This document shows, piece after piece, positions 53,085 through 64,000 of a stretch of DNA of 64,000 nucleotides. Below the pieces are notes generated by a model. The model did not search any database. It saw nothing but the letters and a program-made list of their open reading frames with translations, and was not told where the DNA came from. The DNA is taken from positions 192,001 to 256,000 of the forward strand of contig OY969695.1 in assembly GCA_963701965.1 (NCBI GenBank), in the 5' to 3' direction. Origin of the DNA: an uncultured Gemmatimonadales bacterium. GTDB taxonomy: Bacteria > Gemmatimonadota > Gemmatimonadetes > Gemmatimonadales > Gemmatimonadaceae. Position 1 is the stretch's first letter, and each line of letters starts with the position of its first letter. The translations under genes and the position numbers were made by a program.

Positions 53085-53170
53085 GCCTAACGAACAGCGT
53101 TTGTCTGACGCCGAGCCGATGTCTGTCGAAGGGCGTGACGGGACATGGCGTCAGATAAACCCCGTTGGAC
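53085..53170 (-). other. Putative attI
   Basis: Minus strand ACAAACGCTGTTC GTTAGGC just before first cassette; not of attC family; 14-bp inverted repeat 53099-53112 / 53147-53160. Confidence 0.7.
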
Positions 53171-53201
53171 TGAACCGCCGATATGGCGGTGCGCTATGGG
53201 C

Positions 53202-53231
53202 AGTGTAAGTTTCGGCGCTGAGCTAAGGCAA
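53202..53231 (-). promoter_or_regulatory. Candidate Pc cassette promoter
   Basis: TTGCCT-18 nt-TACACT pointing into attI. Confidence 0.4.
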
Positions 53232-53239
53232 CGCCGTCG

Positions 53240-53972
53240 TGCTGCGGACGAACCCGATAGCGGTGATGGTTGCTCGAAGTTGTCTTCGAATGGCGCTCGG
53301 AGTCGAGTTTGCCGCCACGGCCCGTGGCTCGATGCCTGGTAGTAGCGAAGCAGACGCGATACGTTCCCGGCCTGCGTCGACGAGGCCTTGCAGGAGACAG
53401 CCGCGCGCCCGAGCCCATCAGGGCGGCCTCCGACATGCGGTCGACGCGGCGATCGAGGTCAGCGCCGGCCGATCAGCCGCCACGTGCTGCAGCACTCGCC
53501 AGCGTCCGATACTGCAATCAGGGGCCATCCCGGTCGGTGATGGCGAGGTAGGTCTCGTCGAGCTCGACCATCCCCCAGACGATCGCGATCGGGCCGCACC
53601 ATCGCCCGGCGAAACCGGTACAGCATCGCCCAGGCGGTCTGGTAACTGCCCAGCCCGAGCACCCGCTGCAGCCCCAAGGCGCTCAGGCCCTGCTTCTGGT
53701 TGGTCAGGTACAAGGCCGCAGCCGGCCAGACCCGCGGCGGGGTGCGGGTCTTGTCGAAGATCGTTCCCGCCGTCACGGTGCTCTGGTGGCGCGCAGTCCT
53801 TGCACATCATGCGGATGCGGCTGGCACGGTAGGACACGCTCGCCACGCCGCAGCTCGGGCAGATGAAGCCGTTCGGCCAGCGCAATCCCTCCAGGTAGGC
53901 AAGGCACGCGTCCTCGGTCGAGAACTGATCGAGGAACTCGGTCCAGGTGCGTGGATAAGGTTGACTGGACAT
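53240..53972 (-). mobile_element. IS1595 family transposase remnant (left limit approximate)
   Basis: YPRTWTEF..FSTEDACLAYLEGLRWPNGFICPSC; TAGTIFDKTR; VELDETY. Confidence 0.8.
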
Positions 53973-53982
53973 GAGCGATAAG

Positions 53983-53998
53983 CTGTATATTTATCCAG
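53983..53998. promoter_or_regulatory. LexA (SOS) box
   Basis: CTGTATATTTATCCAG = CTG-N10-CAG with AT-rich spacer in a GC-rich context; TTGACT -35 at 53961. Confidence 0.85.
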
Positions 53999-54000
53999 TA

Positions 54001-55930
54001 GTGCGCCGGGAGGCCGGCAAGGAGTAGAGGGGTGAGAGTCCCCGACGACCAAGACGTAGCGAGTCATGTTGTCCCCGAGTCATGCGCAGCGCATCGCGAG
54101 GTGTGCGGCGAAGCGTTGACAGGGGTGCGTGTAGGCCAGCCATTGAGCCACGAAATGTTTATTCAGACCCGGGTGCCGACGCCGTTACTGTGGCGGAAGG
54201 CAACACGCGCGGGCGCGCCATCGCAAGTGCCCGTGCGACCCGGCGGGGTCAGAGACCCTGGCATGCACGTACGCTCCTTGCACGGGAACCGGGAGATCTG
54301 CGAACCGACCAAGCGCTGGAGCGATCCGGTGGAGGTCCGCGTCGGGAAGGCGAGGAGCCGAAGCCGATGATGAACGGGACGCAGAAGTCAGACTCGCCCA
54401 TAGTAGCGATGAAGCCGGCGAACAAACCCGAACGCCTGATGGCAGGGGCGGGTGCGGAGTCGGTGGAGCCAAGGGGCGGGGCCAAGGGGAACGCGGACCA
54501 GTCACGCACGTGCCGGACGCAGGGCCGGGAAAGCGTGTTCCAGAGGCTGGATCGCGTGCGCCAAGCCGCAAGGCAGAGGAAGAAGGAGAAGTTCACCGCG
54601 CTGATGCACCTTGTCGATGTCGAACTGCTCAGAGAGTCGTACTTCTGGCTACAGCGGAAGGCGGCCGCCGGGGTGGATGGCGTCACATGGCAACAGTACG
54701 GCGAAGGCCTCGAAGAACGGCTCGAGCAACTGCACGGGCGCATCCACCGCAACGCCTACCTGGCGACGCCGTCCCGGCGCCAGTACATCCCCAAAGCAGA
54801 CGGTCGCATGCGGCCGCTGGGGATCGCGGCGCTCGAAGACAAGATCGTCCAGCGGGCGCTGGTGGAAGTGCTCAACGCGGTCTATGAGCAAGACTTCTTG
54901 GGCTTCTCGTACGGGTTCAGGCCGCAACGCAGCCAGCATCAAGCGCTGGACGCGTTGGCGGTTGGCATCACGCGTACCAATGTGAGCTGGATCGTGGACG
55001 CCGACATCAAGAGCTTCTTCGACGCGGTCAGCCACGCGTGGTTGATCAAGTTCCTGGAGCACCGAATCGGCGACCCACGCATCATTCGCCTCATAGGCAA
55101 ATGGCTGAAGGCCGGCACGCTGGAAGAAGGCAAGCTGGTGGCAAGCGAGGAGGGCACGCCGCAAGGCGCGGTCATCTCGCCGCTGCTGGCCAACATCTAC
55201 CTGCACTACGTCTTCGATCTCTGGGCACATCAATGGCGCCAGCGCCATGCTCGGGGCAACGTGGTGATCGTGCGCTACGCCGACGATATCGTGGTCGGCG
55301 TGGACAAGGAGTCGGATGCCACGCGCTTCGTGCAGGCGATGCGATCGAGACTGGAGCAGTTCAAGCTAACGCTGCATCCCGAAAAGACCCAGGTGATCCG
55401 GTTCGGCCGCTTCGCGGCGGCCAACCGGGCCAAGCGAGGTCTGGGCAAACCGCAGACGTTCGACTTCCTCGGGTTCACGCACATCAGCGGGCACGACCGA
55501 CGCGGCAAGTTCTTGCTGCAGCGGATCACCCGGCGCGACCGGATGGTTGCTACGCTGAAGCGGATCAAGGAAGAGTTGCGGCGGCGTTGGCACATCTCGG
55601 TCCACGAGCAAGGGAAGTGGCTGCGCAAGGTGGTGCAGGGTTACTTCGGCTACCACGCCGTGCCCGGCAACTACCCGCGCATGAAGGCGTTCCGAAACCA
55701 CGTCACCGACCTCTGGCGAAAGGCGCTGCGGCGCCGGGGCCAGCGGGATCGGACGACGTGGAAGAAGGCGTTCCGGTTGGCCGCGGAGTGGTTGCCCCGA
55801 GCTCGTGTCCTTCACCCCTGGCCGAACCAGCGCTTCGACGCCACCCACCCAAGGCAGGAGCCCGGTGCGCGAATCGTGCACGCCGGGATCTGTGCGGGGG
55901 GCGCCCGGTAACGGGTGGCCCTATCGCGAT
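54001..55930 (+). mobile_element. Group II intron (IIB-like), full length
   Basis: 5' GTGCG; domain V GAGCCCGGTGCGCGAATCGTGCACGCCGGGATC at 55858; 3' AT. Confidence 0.92.
54367..55911 (+). CDS. ltrA: Group II intron reverse transcriptase/maturase, no HNH domain
   Basis: RPLGI, SYGFRP, GTPQG..ISPLLANIYL, RYADD, FDFLGF. Confidence 0.95.
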   Translation: MMNGTQKSDSPIVAMKPANKPERLMAGAGAESVEPRGGAKGNADQSRTCRTQGRESVFQRLDRVRQAARQRKKEKFTALMHLVDVELLRESYFWLQRKAAAGVDGVTWQQYGEGLEERLEQLHGRIHRNAYLATPSRRQYIPKADGRMRPLGIAALEDKIVQRALVEVLNAVYEQDFLGFSYGFRPQRSQHQALDALAVGITRTNVSWIVDADIKSFFDAVSHAWLIKFLEHRIGDPRIIRLIGKWLKAGTLEEGKLVASEEGTPQGAVISPLLANIYLHYVFDLWAHQWRQRHARGNVVIVRYADDIVVGVDKESDATRFVQAMRSRLEQFKLTLHPEKTQVIRFGRFAAANRAKRGLGKPQTFDFLGFTHISGHDRRGKFLLQRITRRDRMVATLKRIKEELRRRWHISVHEQGKWLRKVVQGYFGYHAVPGNYPRMKAFRNHVTDLWRKALRRRGQRDRTTWKKAFRLAAEWLPRARVLHPWPNQRFDATHPRQEPGARIVHAGICAGGAR

Positions 55931-55947
55931 TCAATTCGGGAGTGCAA

Positions 55948-56229
55948 GTGGACAACGCCAGCGGCCGCGTCGAGGCTGAATGTGGACGATCGGCGCCGTT
56001 TCGGTTGCTCGATGCCTTGCGCGAGCGCCTGCGGTACATGCACTACAGCTTACGGACCGAGGAAGCCTATGTCCATTGGGTGCGCGGCTTCGTACGGTGG
56101 TCGGGTCGACGCCATCCGCGCGACATGGGTGCGGCGGAGGTGCGCGATTTCCTGACCATGCTGGCGAGCGAGCGGCGCGTCGCCGCGGCCGCGCACCGGC
56201 AAGCCCTCAGCGCGCTGCTGTTCCTCTAG
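55948..56229 (+). pseudogene. intI: Integron integrase, N-terminal domain only
   Basis: [51 protein letters not shown] then stop. Confidence 0.92.
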
Positions 56230-59200
56230 TGCTACCGCGCTACGCCGAGCTTCACTGTCGCAGCAACTTCAGCTTCCTGACGGGCGCGTCGCATCCCGAG
56301 GAGCTGGTCGAGCGCGCCGCCGCGCTCGGCTACGGCGCGATCGCGATCACCGACGAGTGCTCGCTCGCCGGCGTCGTGCGCGCGCACGTCGAGGCGCAGG
56401 CGCAAAAGCTGCCGCTCGTCATCGGCAGCGAGATCCGCCTCACCGATGCCGAGACCGGCGCGCCGCATGCGCGTCTGGTGCTGCTGGCGCAGTCGCGGCG
56501 CGGCTATGGCAACCTCGCCCACTGGATCACAGTCGCGCGTCGTCGAGTCGAGAAGGGCCACTACCGCGCCCATCCGGGCGACGTCGAAGGCAAGGTGCCC
56601 AATGCGCCGATGCTCGCCGGCCTCGGCGGCTGCTTCGCCTTGCTCGTGCCCGCGGCTTCGCAGGATCCTGCCGAGATCCTGGCCCACGCGACTTGGCTCA
56701 AGAGCTGGTTCCAGGAGCGTGCGGCGATCGCCATCGAGCTGCTCCATCGCGCCGCCGACGACGATCTCGTCGACCACGTCACCGAGGTCGCGGCGCGCAC
56801 CGGCCTGCCGATCGTCGCCGCCGGCGACGTGCTGATGCACGTGCGCTCGCGAAAGCCCCTGCAGGACACGCTGACGGCGACGCGCCTCGCCAAGTCGGTG
56901 GCCGAGTGCGGCCTCGCGCTCGAGCCCAACGCCGAGCAGCACCTGCGCTCGAAGAGCCGCCTGGCCGCGCTCTACGAGCCGGCGTGGCTCGAGCAGACGA
57001 TGGCGATCGTCGCGGACTGCAAGTTCTCGCTCAGCGAGCTGAAGTACGAGTACCCGCAGGAGATCGTGCCGCCGGGCGAGACGCCGGCGTCGCAGCTGCG
57101 AAAGCTCACCTACGCGGGCGCGCTGAAGCGCTTCCCGCAGGGCCTGCCCGACGAGCACCGCGCGACGATCGAGCACGAACTCGGAGTCATCGCCGAGCTG
57201 CAGTACGAGTCGTACTTCCTCACCGTCGCCGACATCGTCGACTGGGCGCGCGAGAAGAATATCCTGTGCCAGGGCCGCGGCAGCGCCGCCAACTCGCTGG
57301 TTTGCTACTGCCTGCACGTCACCGAGGTCGACCCGCGCCGCGCCAGCCTGCTGTTCGGCCGCTTCATCAGCGTCGAGCGCAAGGAGCCGCCCGACATCGA
57401 CATCGACTTCGAGCACCAGCGGCGCGAGGAGGTGATCCAGTACATCTACGGCAAGTACGGCCGGCACCGCGCCGCGCTCGCCGCGGTGGTAATCAGCTAC
57501 CGGCCGCGCTCGGCGCTGCGCGACGTCGGCCGCGCCCTCGGCATCGACCTGCAGCGGATCGAGGCGGTGTCGAAGAGCCAGCACTGGTTCGACGGCCGCG
57601 GCATCGCGCCCGAGCGGCTGCGCGAGAACGGCTTCGATCCGGAATCTCCGGTGGTCCAGCTCTGGATGGAGCTCACCGGCCAGCTGATCGGCTTCCCGCG
57701 CCACCTCTCGCAGCATCCGGGCGGCTTCGTCATCGGCAAGAACCAGATCGAGGAGCTGGTGCCGATCGAGAACGCGGCGATGGAAGACCGGAGCGTCATC
57801 CAGTGGGACAAGGACGACCTCGAATCGCTTGGGTTGCTGAAGGTCGACATCCTCGCCATCGGCATGCTGAGCGCGATCCGCCGCTCGCTCGAGTACATCG
57901 GCACCAAGCTCGGCCGCACGCCGCTCATGATGCAGGAGATCGGCGAGGGCGACGTGCCGACCTACGACATGATCTGCAAGGCCGACACCGTCGGCGTGTT
58001 CCAGATCGAGAGCCGGGCGCAGATGAGCATGCTGCCGCGCCTGAAGCCGCGCTGCTACTACGACCTAGTGGTCGAGGTGGCGATCGTCCGGCCGGGGCCG
58101 ATCCAGGGCGGCATGGTTCATCCGTACCTGAAGAACCGCACGCTCGCCGACCGCGAGATCGACTGTCCCGAGGAGCTCAAGCCGGCGCTGCTGCGAACCA
58201 AGGGCGTGCCGATCTTCCAGGAGCAGGTGATGCAGATCGCCATGCTCGCCGCCGACTTCACCGCCGGCGAGGCCGATGCGCTGCGCCGCGCGATGGCGGC
58301 GTGGAAGCGGCGCGGCGGCCTGTCGCCGTTCCACAAGCGGCTGGTGGGCCGGATGGTCGAGAAGGGCTACACGCGCGAATACGCCGAGCGCATCTTCAAG
58401 CAGATCCAGGGCTTCGGCGAATACGGCTTTCCGGAAAGCCACGCCGCCGGCTTCGCGCTGCTCGCCTACGTCAGCAGCTGGATCAAGTGCCACCATCCCG
58501 ACGCCTTCCTCTGCGGCCTGCTCAACGCCCAGCCGATGGGCTTCTACGCGCCGGCGCAGCTGGTGCGCGATGCGCGCGAGCACGGCGTCGAGGTGCTGCC
58601 GGTCGACGTCGCGGTGAGCGACTGGGAAAGCACGATGGCGGGCGAGGGCAGCGCGAGCGCCGGGGCCGGCCCGCTCGGCCAGGGTGGCGCCGCAGCAGCC
58701 GGTCCGGCTCGGCCTCAACCGCGTCAAGGGGCTCGCCGAAGAGGCCGGCCGGCGCGTCGTCGCTGCGCGCGCCGAGGCGGCCTTCGTCAGCGTCGAAGAC
58801 CTGGCGCGGCGCGCCCTCCTCGACGCCCATGCCCTGGCGGTGCTCGCCGAATCGGGGGCACTGCAGGCGCTCACCGGCCATCGCTACCAGGCGGCGTGGG
58901 CGGTGGCGGGAATCGACACCCGGCCGACCGAGATGCTGCGCGCGACGCGTAGCCACGAAACCGGCGTGGCGCTGGCCGCGCCGAGCGAGGGCGAGGAAAC
59001 GCTCGCCGACTACCGCGCCCTCGGACTGACGCTGCAACGCCATCCGCTCGCCCTGCTGCGGCCGCAGCTCGCCGCCTTCCGCATCGAGCCGGCGGCGCGC
59101 TTGCGCACTTTTCCGAACGGCCGGCTGGCGCGTGCGAGCGGCCTGGTGACGCACCGGCAGCGGCCCGAGACGGCCAAGGGAACGGTCTTCGTCACGCTCG

Positions 59201-59415
59201 AGGACGAGACCGGCGCGGTCAACGTCATCGTCTGGCCGCGCGTCGCCGAGGCGCAGAGGAAGCCGCTGCTCGGCGCGACCCTTCTTACCGTCTACGGCCA
59301 ATGGCAGCGCCAGGGCGAGGGCGACGAGGCGGTGATGCACCTCGTCGCCGCGAAGATGATCGACCACACGTCGCTGCTCAAGGGCCTGGTCACGCGCAGC
59401 CGCGACTTCCGCTAG
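56229..59415 (+). CDS. dnaE2: Error-prone DNA polymerase DnaE2/ImuC (frameshift ~58680)
   Basis: YAELHCRSNFSFL, GRGSAANS, PPDIDIDFE, GFPESHA, terminal SRDFR. Confidence 0.95.
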
Positions 59416-59468
59416 CGCCGTGCCGCAGCCGTGCCGACCGGCGTCGCGCCTCCGGCAAAATCGTCGCC

Positions 59469-60326
59469 ATGACTGCGCAGCTGATCACTCCGGAGCTGAA
59501 GAGCTGGATCGTCGCCCAGGCGACGGCCGGCCATCCGCCTGACATCGTTCTCGACGCGATGAAGGCGAGCGGCTGGAACGAAGACATCGCCATCGACGCG
59601 CTCGAGACGACGATGCGCGAGCACCTCGCCGGCGTGGCCGTCGCGAACGTCGCCGCGATCGAGCCGGCGCGGCCCGTTCCGGGGCGTCAGATCGTCGCCG
59701 GCACGCCCTTCGTTCACGCCGCCGACCGCGAGGTCAAGGTCGTGATGGCGCTGACGCTGCCGCGGGTCGTCGTCTTCGCCGACCTGATCAGCGACGAAGA
59801 GTGTGCCGAGCTGATCGCGCTCGCGCGCACGCGCCTGGCGCGCTCCGAGACGGTCGAGACCGCGACCGGAAGCAACGCCGTCAACCCGGCGCGCACCAGC
59901 GACGGCATGTTCTTCCAGCCGGCCGAGTTCCCGGTCTGCGGACGGATCGAGCAGCGCATCGCGGCGCTCCTCGATTGGCCGCTCGAGAATGGCGAGGGCC
60001 TGCAGATCCTGCGCTATGGCCCGGGAACGCAGTATCAGCCGCACTACGACTACTTCGACCCCGCGGAGGCGGGAACGCCGACCATCCTCAAGCGCGGCGG
60101 CCAGCGCGTCGCCTCGATCGTCTGCTACCTGAACACGCCCGAGGCCGGCGGCGCGACCGTCTTTCCCGACGCCGGTCTCGAGGTCGCGCCGGTGCGCGGC
60201 AACGCCGTCTTCTTCAGCTACGACCGGCCGCATCCGGCGACGCGCACCCTGCACGGCGGCGCCGAGGTCAGCGCCGGCGAGAAGTGGGTGGCGACGAAAT
60301 GGATGCGCGAGGGCCGATTCGAGTGA
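59469..60326 (+). CDS. 2OG-Fe(II) oxygenase, prolyl 4-hydroxylase-like
   Basis: EGLQILRY, PHYDYF, GGQRVAS, TLHGG, KWVATKW. Confidence 0.92.
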   Translation: MTAQLITPELKSWIVAQATAGHPPDIVLDAMKASGWNEDIAIDALETTMREHLAGVAVANVAAIEPARPVPGRQIVAGTPFVHAADREVKVVMALTLPRVVVFADLISDEECAELIALARTRLARSETVETATGSNAVNPARTSDGMFFQPAEFPVCGRIEQRIAALLDWPLENGEGLQILRYGPGTQYQPHYDYFDPAEAGTPTILKRGGQRVASIVCYLNTPEAGGATVFPDAGLEVAPVRGNAVFFSYDRPHPATRTLHGGAEVSAGEKWVATKWMREGRFE

Positions 60327-60414
60327 TCTTGTGCGAGGAGCTGTCAACCGCGCGCTGCGGGGCGGCGTTGTCAGCGCGAGCAATCGGCTCTCATCCCACC
60401 CAAGGAAAATTCCA

Positions 60415-60628
60415 ATGAAGACCCTCATCGCCGCCGTCATCGCCTCGGCAGTCAGCTTCGGCGCCTTTGCCCAGACCACCCCGGCCGCCTCGGCGCCGAT
60501 GGCCAAGCCGACGGCGTCGGACAGCGGCCGCCAAGAAGAGCAGCACGAGCACCCACAAGTCGAGCTCGACGTCGAGCAAGAAGCACCACAGCAGCAGCAG
60601 CAAGAAGGCGTCGGCGCCAGCCGCCTGA
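60415..60628 (+). CDS. Small secreted Lys/Ser/His-rich protein (frameshifted)
   Basis: AAGGAA RBS; signal peptide MKTLIAAVIA; KKSSTSTHK...KKHH tail in the shifted frame. Confidence 0.65.
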
Positions 60629-60645
60629 GCGCTCCCGCGCGAACG

Positions 60646-60673
60646 AAAGCCCGGTCTCGACCGGGCTTTTTTT
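60646..60673 (+). terminator. Intrinsic terminator, likely bidirectional
   Basis: AAAGCCCGGT-CTCG-ACCGGGCTTTTTTT. Confidence 0.9.
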
Positions 60674-60677
60674 CGTG

Positions 60678-62556
60678 GTGCGCCCGGCACGGGCGCACTC
60701 TTGCGGGTGCAAGTCCCGCCGTAAGTTGATCACAGCGAACGAAGTGAAACGCAACTGCATGAGGGTGACCGAGTGTGGGGAGGAAGCGTGGATCGAAGCT
60801 GCGAGCCGATGAACAAGAACCGGATAGAAGGCGCTGCCAAGCAGGGCGAGCGGGCCATGAACCGCGAAGCTCTCGTGATCAAGGCGAGGTGGCGTAGATC
60901 CGGCGGTTGTGCAGCGAAGGAGTGCGTTCTTACCCGGGGAGATCTCGCCTTGCGCCTGAAAGGGCGACGGCCTATGCCGGAGCGAGAAGTCAGCAGAGGT
61001 CGTAGTAGTGCCGGTAGCCTGCCGCTGAGGCGAGAGTGAAAGCGCGAAGGGCCGAACGAGAGTAAGTGACCGAAGACATGGGGATGTCAGAAGGCCATGC
61101 GTCAGATGCCGGAGCAATCCGGGCGGGTGGGCGTAGCGCGCGGTGAAGCCGGGCGTGAAGCTGCCAGTGACGAAGCCTGCGGCCCGCCCAATGAGCACCC
61201 GGGCACGGGTCGGCAAGGCCGAAGGCGGGGGCTGGCACCCTGCTGGAGGCGGCGCTGACGAGAGAACCTGCAGGTGGCGTGGAAGCGGGTCAAGGCCAAC
61301 AAGGGCGCAGCAGGGGTGGACGGGCTCGACATCGAGCAGACGGCTCAAACGCTGGCGCACGAGGTGGCCGCAGATACGCGAAGCGTTGCTGGCGGGCAAG
61401 TACCGGCCTGAGCCGGTGCGAAGGGTGATGCTCCAAGCCGGACGGGAGCGAGCGCGAGCTGGGCATCCCCACGGTGCTGGATCGGCTGATCCAGCAGGCA
61501 CTGCTGCAAGTGCTGCAACCCTGATCGACCCCACCTTCAGCGAACACAGCCAGGGGTTTCGTCCGGGGCGGCGGGCGCACGACGCGGTCACGGCTGCGCG
61601 GGCGTACGTGCAAACGGGCAAGCGCGTGGTGGTGGACGTGGACCTGGCGAAGTTCTTCGACCGGGTCAACCACGACATCCTGATAGACCGGCTGCGCAAG
61701 CGCATCGACGATGCTGGAGTGATCCGGCTGGTGCGGGCGTACCTGAGCGCCGGGATCATGGATGGCGGGGTGGTGGTCGAGCGCCACATGGGCACGCCGC
61801 AAGGCGGGCCGCTGTCACCGTTGCTGGCCAACGTGTTGCTGGACGAAGTGGATAAGGTCTTGGAGGCGCGGGGCTACAGCTTCGCCCGCTATGCCGATGA
61901 CTGCAACGTCTATGTGGGCAGCATGAAGGCTGGGCAGCGGGTGATGGCGCTGCTGGGAGGGCTGTACGCCGGGCTCAAGCTTCAGATCAACGCAGTCAAG
62001 AGCGCGGTGGGCAGTGCATTGGGGCGCAAGTTCCTGGGCTACGCGCTGTGGGGGGCCGAGGGCCGGGAGGTCAAATGCGCCGTGGCCGCCAAGCCACTGC
62101 GGGACTTCAAGGCCCGTATCCGGCAGCTCACACGCCGCTCGGGCGGGCGCAGCATGGAGCAAGTGGTGCAGGGATTGCGGCCGTACCTGCTGGGCTGGAA
62201 GGCGTACTTCGGGCTGGCGCAAACACCCGAAGGTCTGGCGCGGGCTGGACGAGTGGCTGCGTCACCGATTGCGAGCGATCCAGCTCAGACACTGGAAGCG
62301 GCCGGCGACGATGTACCGCGAGCTCAAGGCACTTGGCGCGGGGGAAACGGTTGCGCAGGCGAGTGGCGGTCAACAGTCGCCGCTGGTGGCGTAACAGTGA
62401 TGGCCTGCTCAAGACCGTGCTGACCATTGCCTACTTCGACAGACTGGGCGTACCCAGGCTCTCATGACCTCAAGCTCTCGAACCGCCCGGTGCGGACCCG
62501 CATGCCGGGTGGTGTGGCAGGGGTGCCTCCTCTAATGGAGCGCCCCCTATGCCGAT
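60678..62556 (+). mobile_element. Group IIC intron
   Basis: GTGCG 4 nt after terminator T-tract; short domain V with CGC triad at ~62480; 3' AT. Confidence 0.92.
61085..62467 (+). CDS. Group IIC RT/maturase (several frameshifts; start approximate)
   Basis: [35 protein letters not shown]. Confidence 0.9.
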
Positions 62557-62585
62557 CCGATGAACCCGGCGCGACGTCGATCGGC

Positions 62586-63073
62586 TCAGGCGTGGGCGCC
62601 GTGGGCGTAGCCGAACGGCCGACTGCGTCGATACGTCGGTTCTTGCGCTCGGCCCAGGTCTGCGGCCCTTCGAGCTGCCAGCGCTCGACGCTCGCGACCA
62701 GCTCGTCCTTGGCCAGGCGTCGAAACGCCCGGCCCGCCGAGTCGCCGCGCCAGGCGGCAAAGCGCAGCCGCCAGGGCAGGGCGGCGACCGGCGCCGCGAC
62801 CCAGTAGACGCAGCGGCGCTCGTTCCAGAACGACATGCGCTCGAAGTTGACCCGCCCGGCGAAGCCGGTGTTGGGCTCGAACAGCGCGTAGCCCGCGTCG
62901 TCTGCGAGCTCGACCACGCTATGGGCGATGTCGCCAGGCGTATTGCCGAGGCCGCGGTAGACGAAGTAGACGCGGCGGATGCTCTCGGCCGGCAAACGGT
63001 CGACCTCGACCTCGTCGCGGTAGACGACGATGTCGTTGTGCTGCCAGAGGGTTCGCCAGGTCGTCGTCTTCAT
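62586..63073 (-). CDS. Hypothetical protein
   Basis: [10 protein letters not shown]...FAGRVNFER; stop inferred via one frameshift. Confidence 0.65.
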
Positions 63074-63171
63074 GCCGCTCTCGCCGATCGTCTGTCGCAG
63101 GGGCCCGTCGCCGGGTCTGGCCGAGGATAGTCGCGGCGCCGGCTTTGATCTGTGACGATCGGCAAGCGTCG

Positions 63172-64000
63172 TTACGCGGGGCGCGGCGCGGCGTCGGCGG
63201 CGAGGTTGTCGATCGCCACCGGCTCGATCGCGCCGGCCGGCGTGAAGCCGAAGACGCGGCCGTAGAAGTAGAGCTCGGCCTCGAACGCGCGCCGGATCGT
63301 CGCCGCGCGGCGAAAGCCGTGCTGCTCGCCTTCGAACAGCAGGTACGCGACCGGCAGGCCCTTGGCGCGGACGGCGCGGTACATCGTCTCGGCCTGGCTC
63401 GGCGGCACCGCCTTGTCCTCGGCGCCCTGGAGGAGGATCAGCGCGCTCGTCATGCGCTCGGGGAAATGGATCGGCGAGCGCGCCCGGTAGACGTCGGCGC
63501 GCTGCCGGCCAGGGGCCGATCAGCGAGTCGAGATAGCGCGACTCGAACTTGTGCGTCTCGCGCGCCAGCGCCTCGAGGTCGCTGACGCCGAAGTGGCTCG
63601 CGCCGGCATGGAAGACGTCGCGGAAGGTCAGCGCCGCGAGCGTCGTGTAGCCGCCCGCGCTGCCGCCGCGGATCGCCAGGCGCGTGCCGTCGACATCGCC
63701 GCGCGCGACCAGGAAGCGCGCCGCGGCGACGACGTCGTCGACGTCGACGATGCCCCACTGGCCGGCGAGGCGTTCGCGGTAGGCGCGGCCGTAGCCGGTC
63801 GAGCCGCCGTAGTTGACGTCGACGACGGCAAAGCCGCGGCTGGTCCAGTACTGGCGCGCCAGCGCGAGCGCCGGGGTGGTCGCGCCGGTCGGTCCGCCGT
63901 GGCTCACGACCAGCAGCGGCGGCCGCGCCCCGGCCGGCCCGGTGAACGAGCGGTTGCGCGGCGGATAGTAGAAAGCGTGCGTGAGCGCGCCGCCGCTGCC
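63172..64000 (-). CDS. S9 prolyl oligopeptidase (5' partial, frameshifted)
   Basis: [33 protein letters not shown]. Confidence 0.93.

Noticed and set aside
54367..55911. Retron, DGR or defence-associated RT
   Set aside because: Flanked by GTGCG and domains V/VI with a maturase region; it is a group II intron
55980..56228. N-terminal extension of DnaE2 or an IntI-DnaE2 fusion protein
   Set aside because: The IntI stub is in a different frame and ends in TAG; DnaE2 homology begins at 56229
60678..62556. IIC-attC intron
   Set aside because: Inserted after an intrinsic terminator outside the array, not in an attC

Overview
High-GC betaproteobacterial-looking chromosomal window (Burkholderiales-like, inferred from gene content). 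Many single-base frameshifts, including in normally essential genes such as lolC/E and lolD, suggest an error-prone long-read assembly. Bases 1-10.8 kb hold housekeeping genes (folE2, SPFH plus Arc-like pair, YciO, PHP phosphatase, recJ, lolC/E, lolD). About 10.8-53.1 kb is a tract of roughly 65-70 small, almost all minus-strand genes that reads as a sedentary chromosomal integron cassette array. It has a putative attI at ~53.1 kb and recognisable attC sites near it, which decay with distance until the distal genes are simply abutting. The array carries a dfrB (type II DHFR) cassette. Three attI-proximal attC sites are hit by IS elements. An IS621-like IS110 has a readable bridge RNA whose target guides match the attC, and a remnant of the same element sits at the identical position of another attC. 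A second IS110 has an apparent guide matching its own site, and there is an IS3. Beyond attI lie an IS1595 remnant, a LexA box, and a group II intron inserted 2 bp after that box whose EBS1 is complementary to the LexA half-site. A truncated intI then overlaps the start of dnaE2, followed by a 2OG-Fe(II) oxygenase, a class IIC intron after a terminator and an S9 peptidase. Family names come from motif recognition by eye, not database searches.
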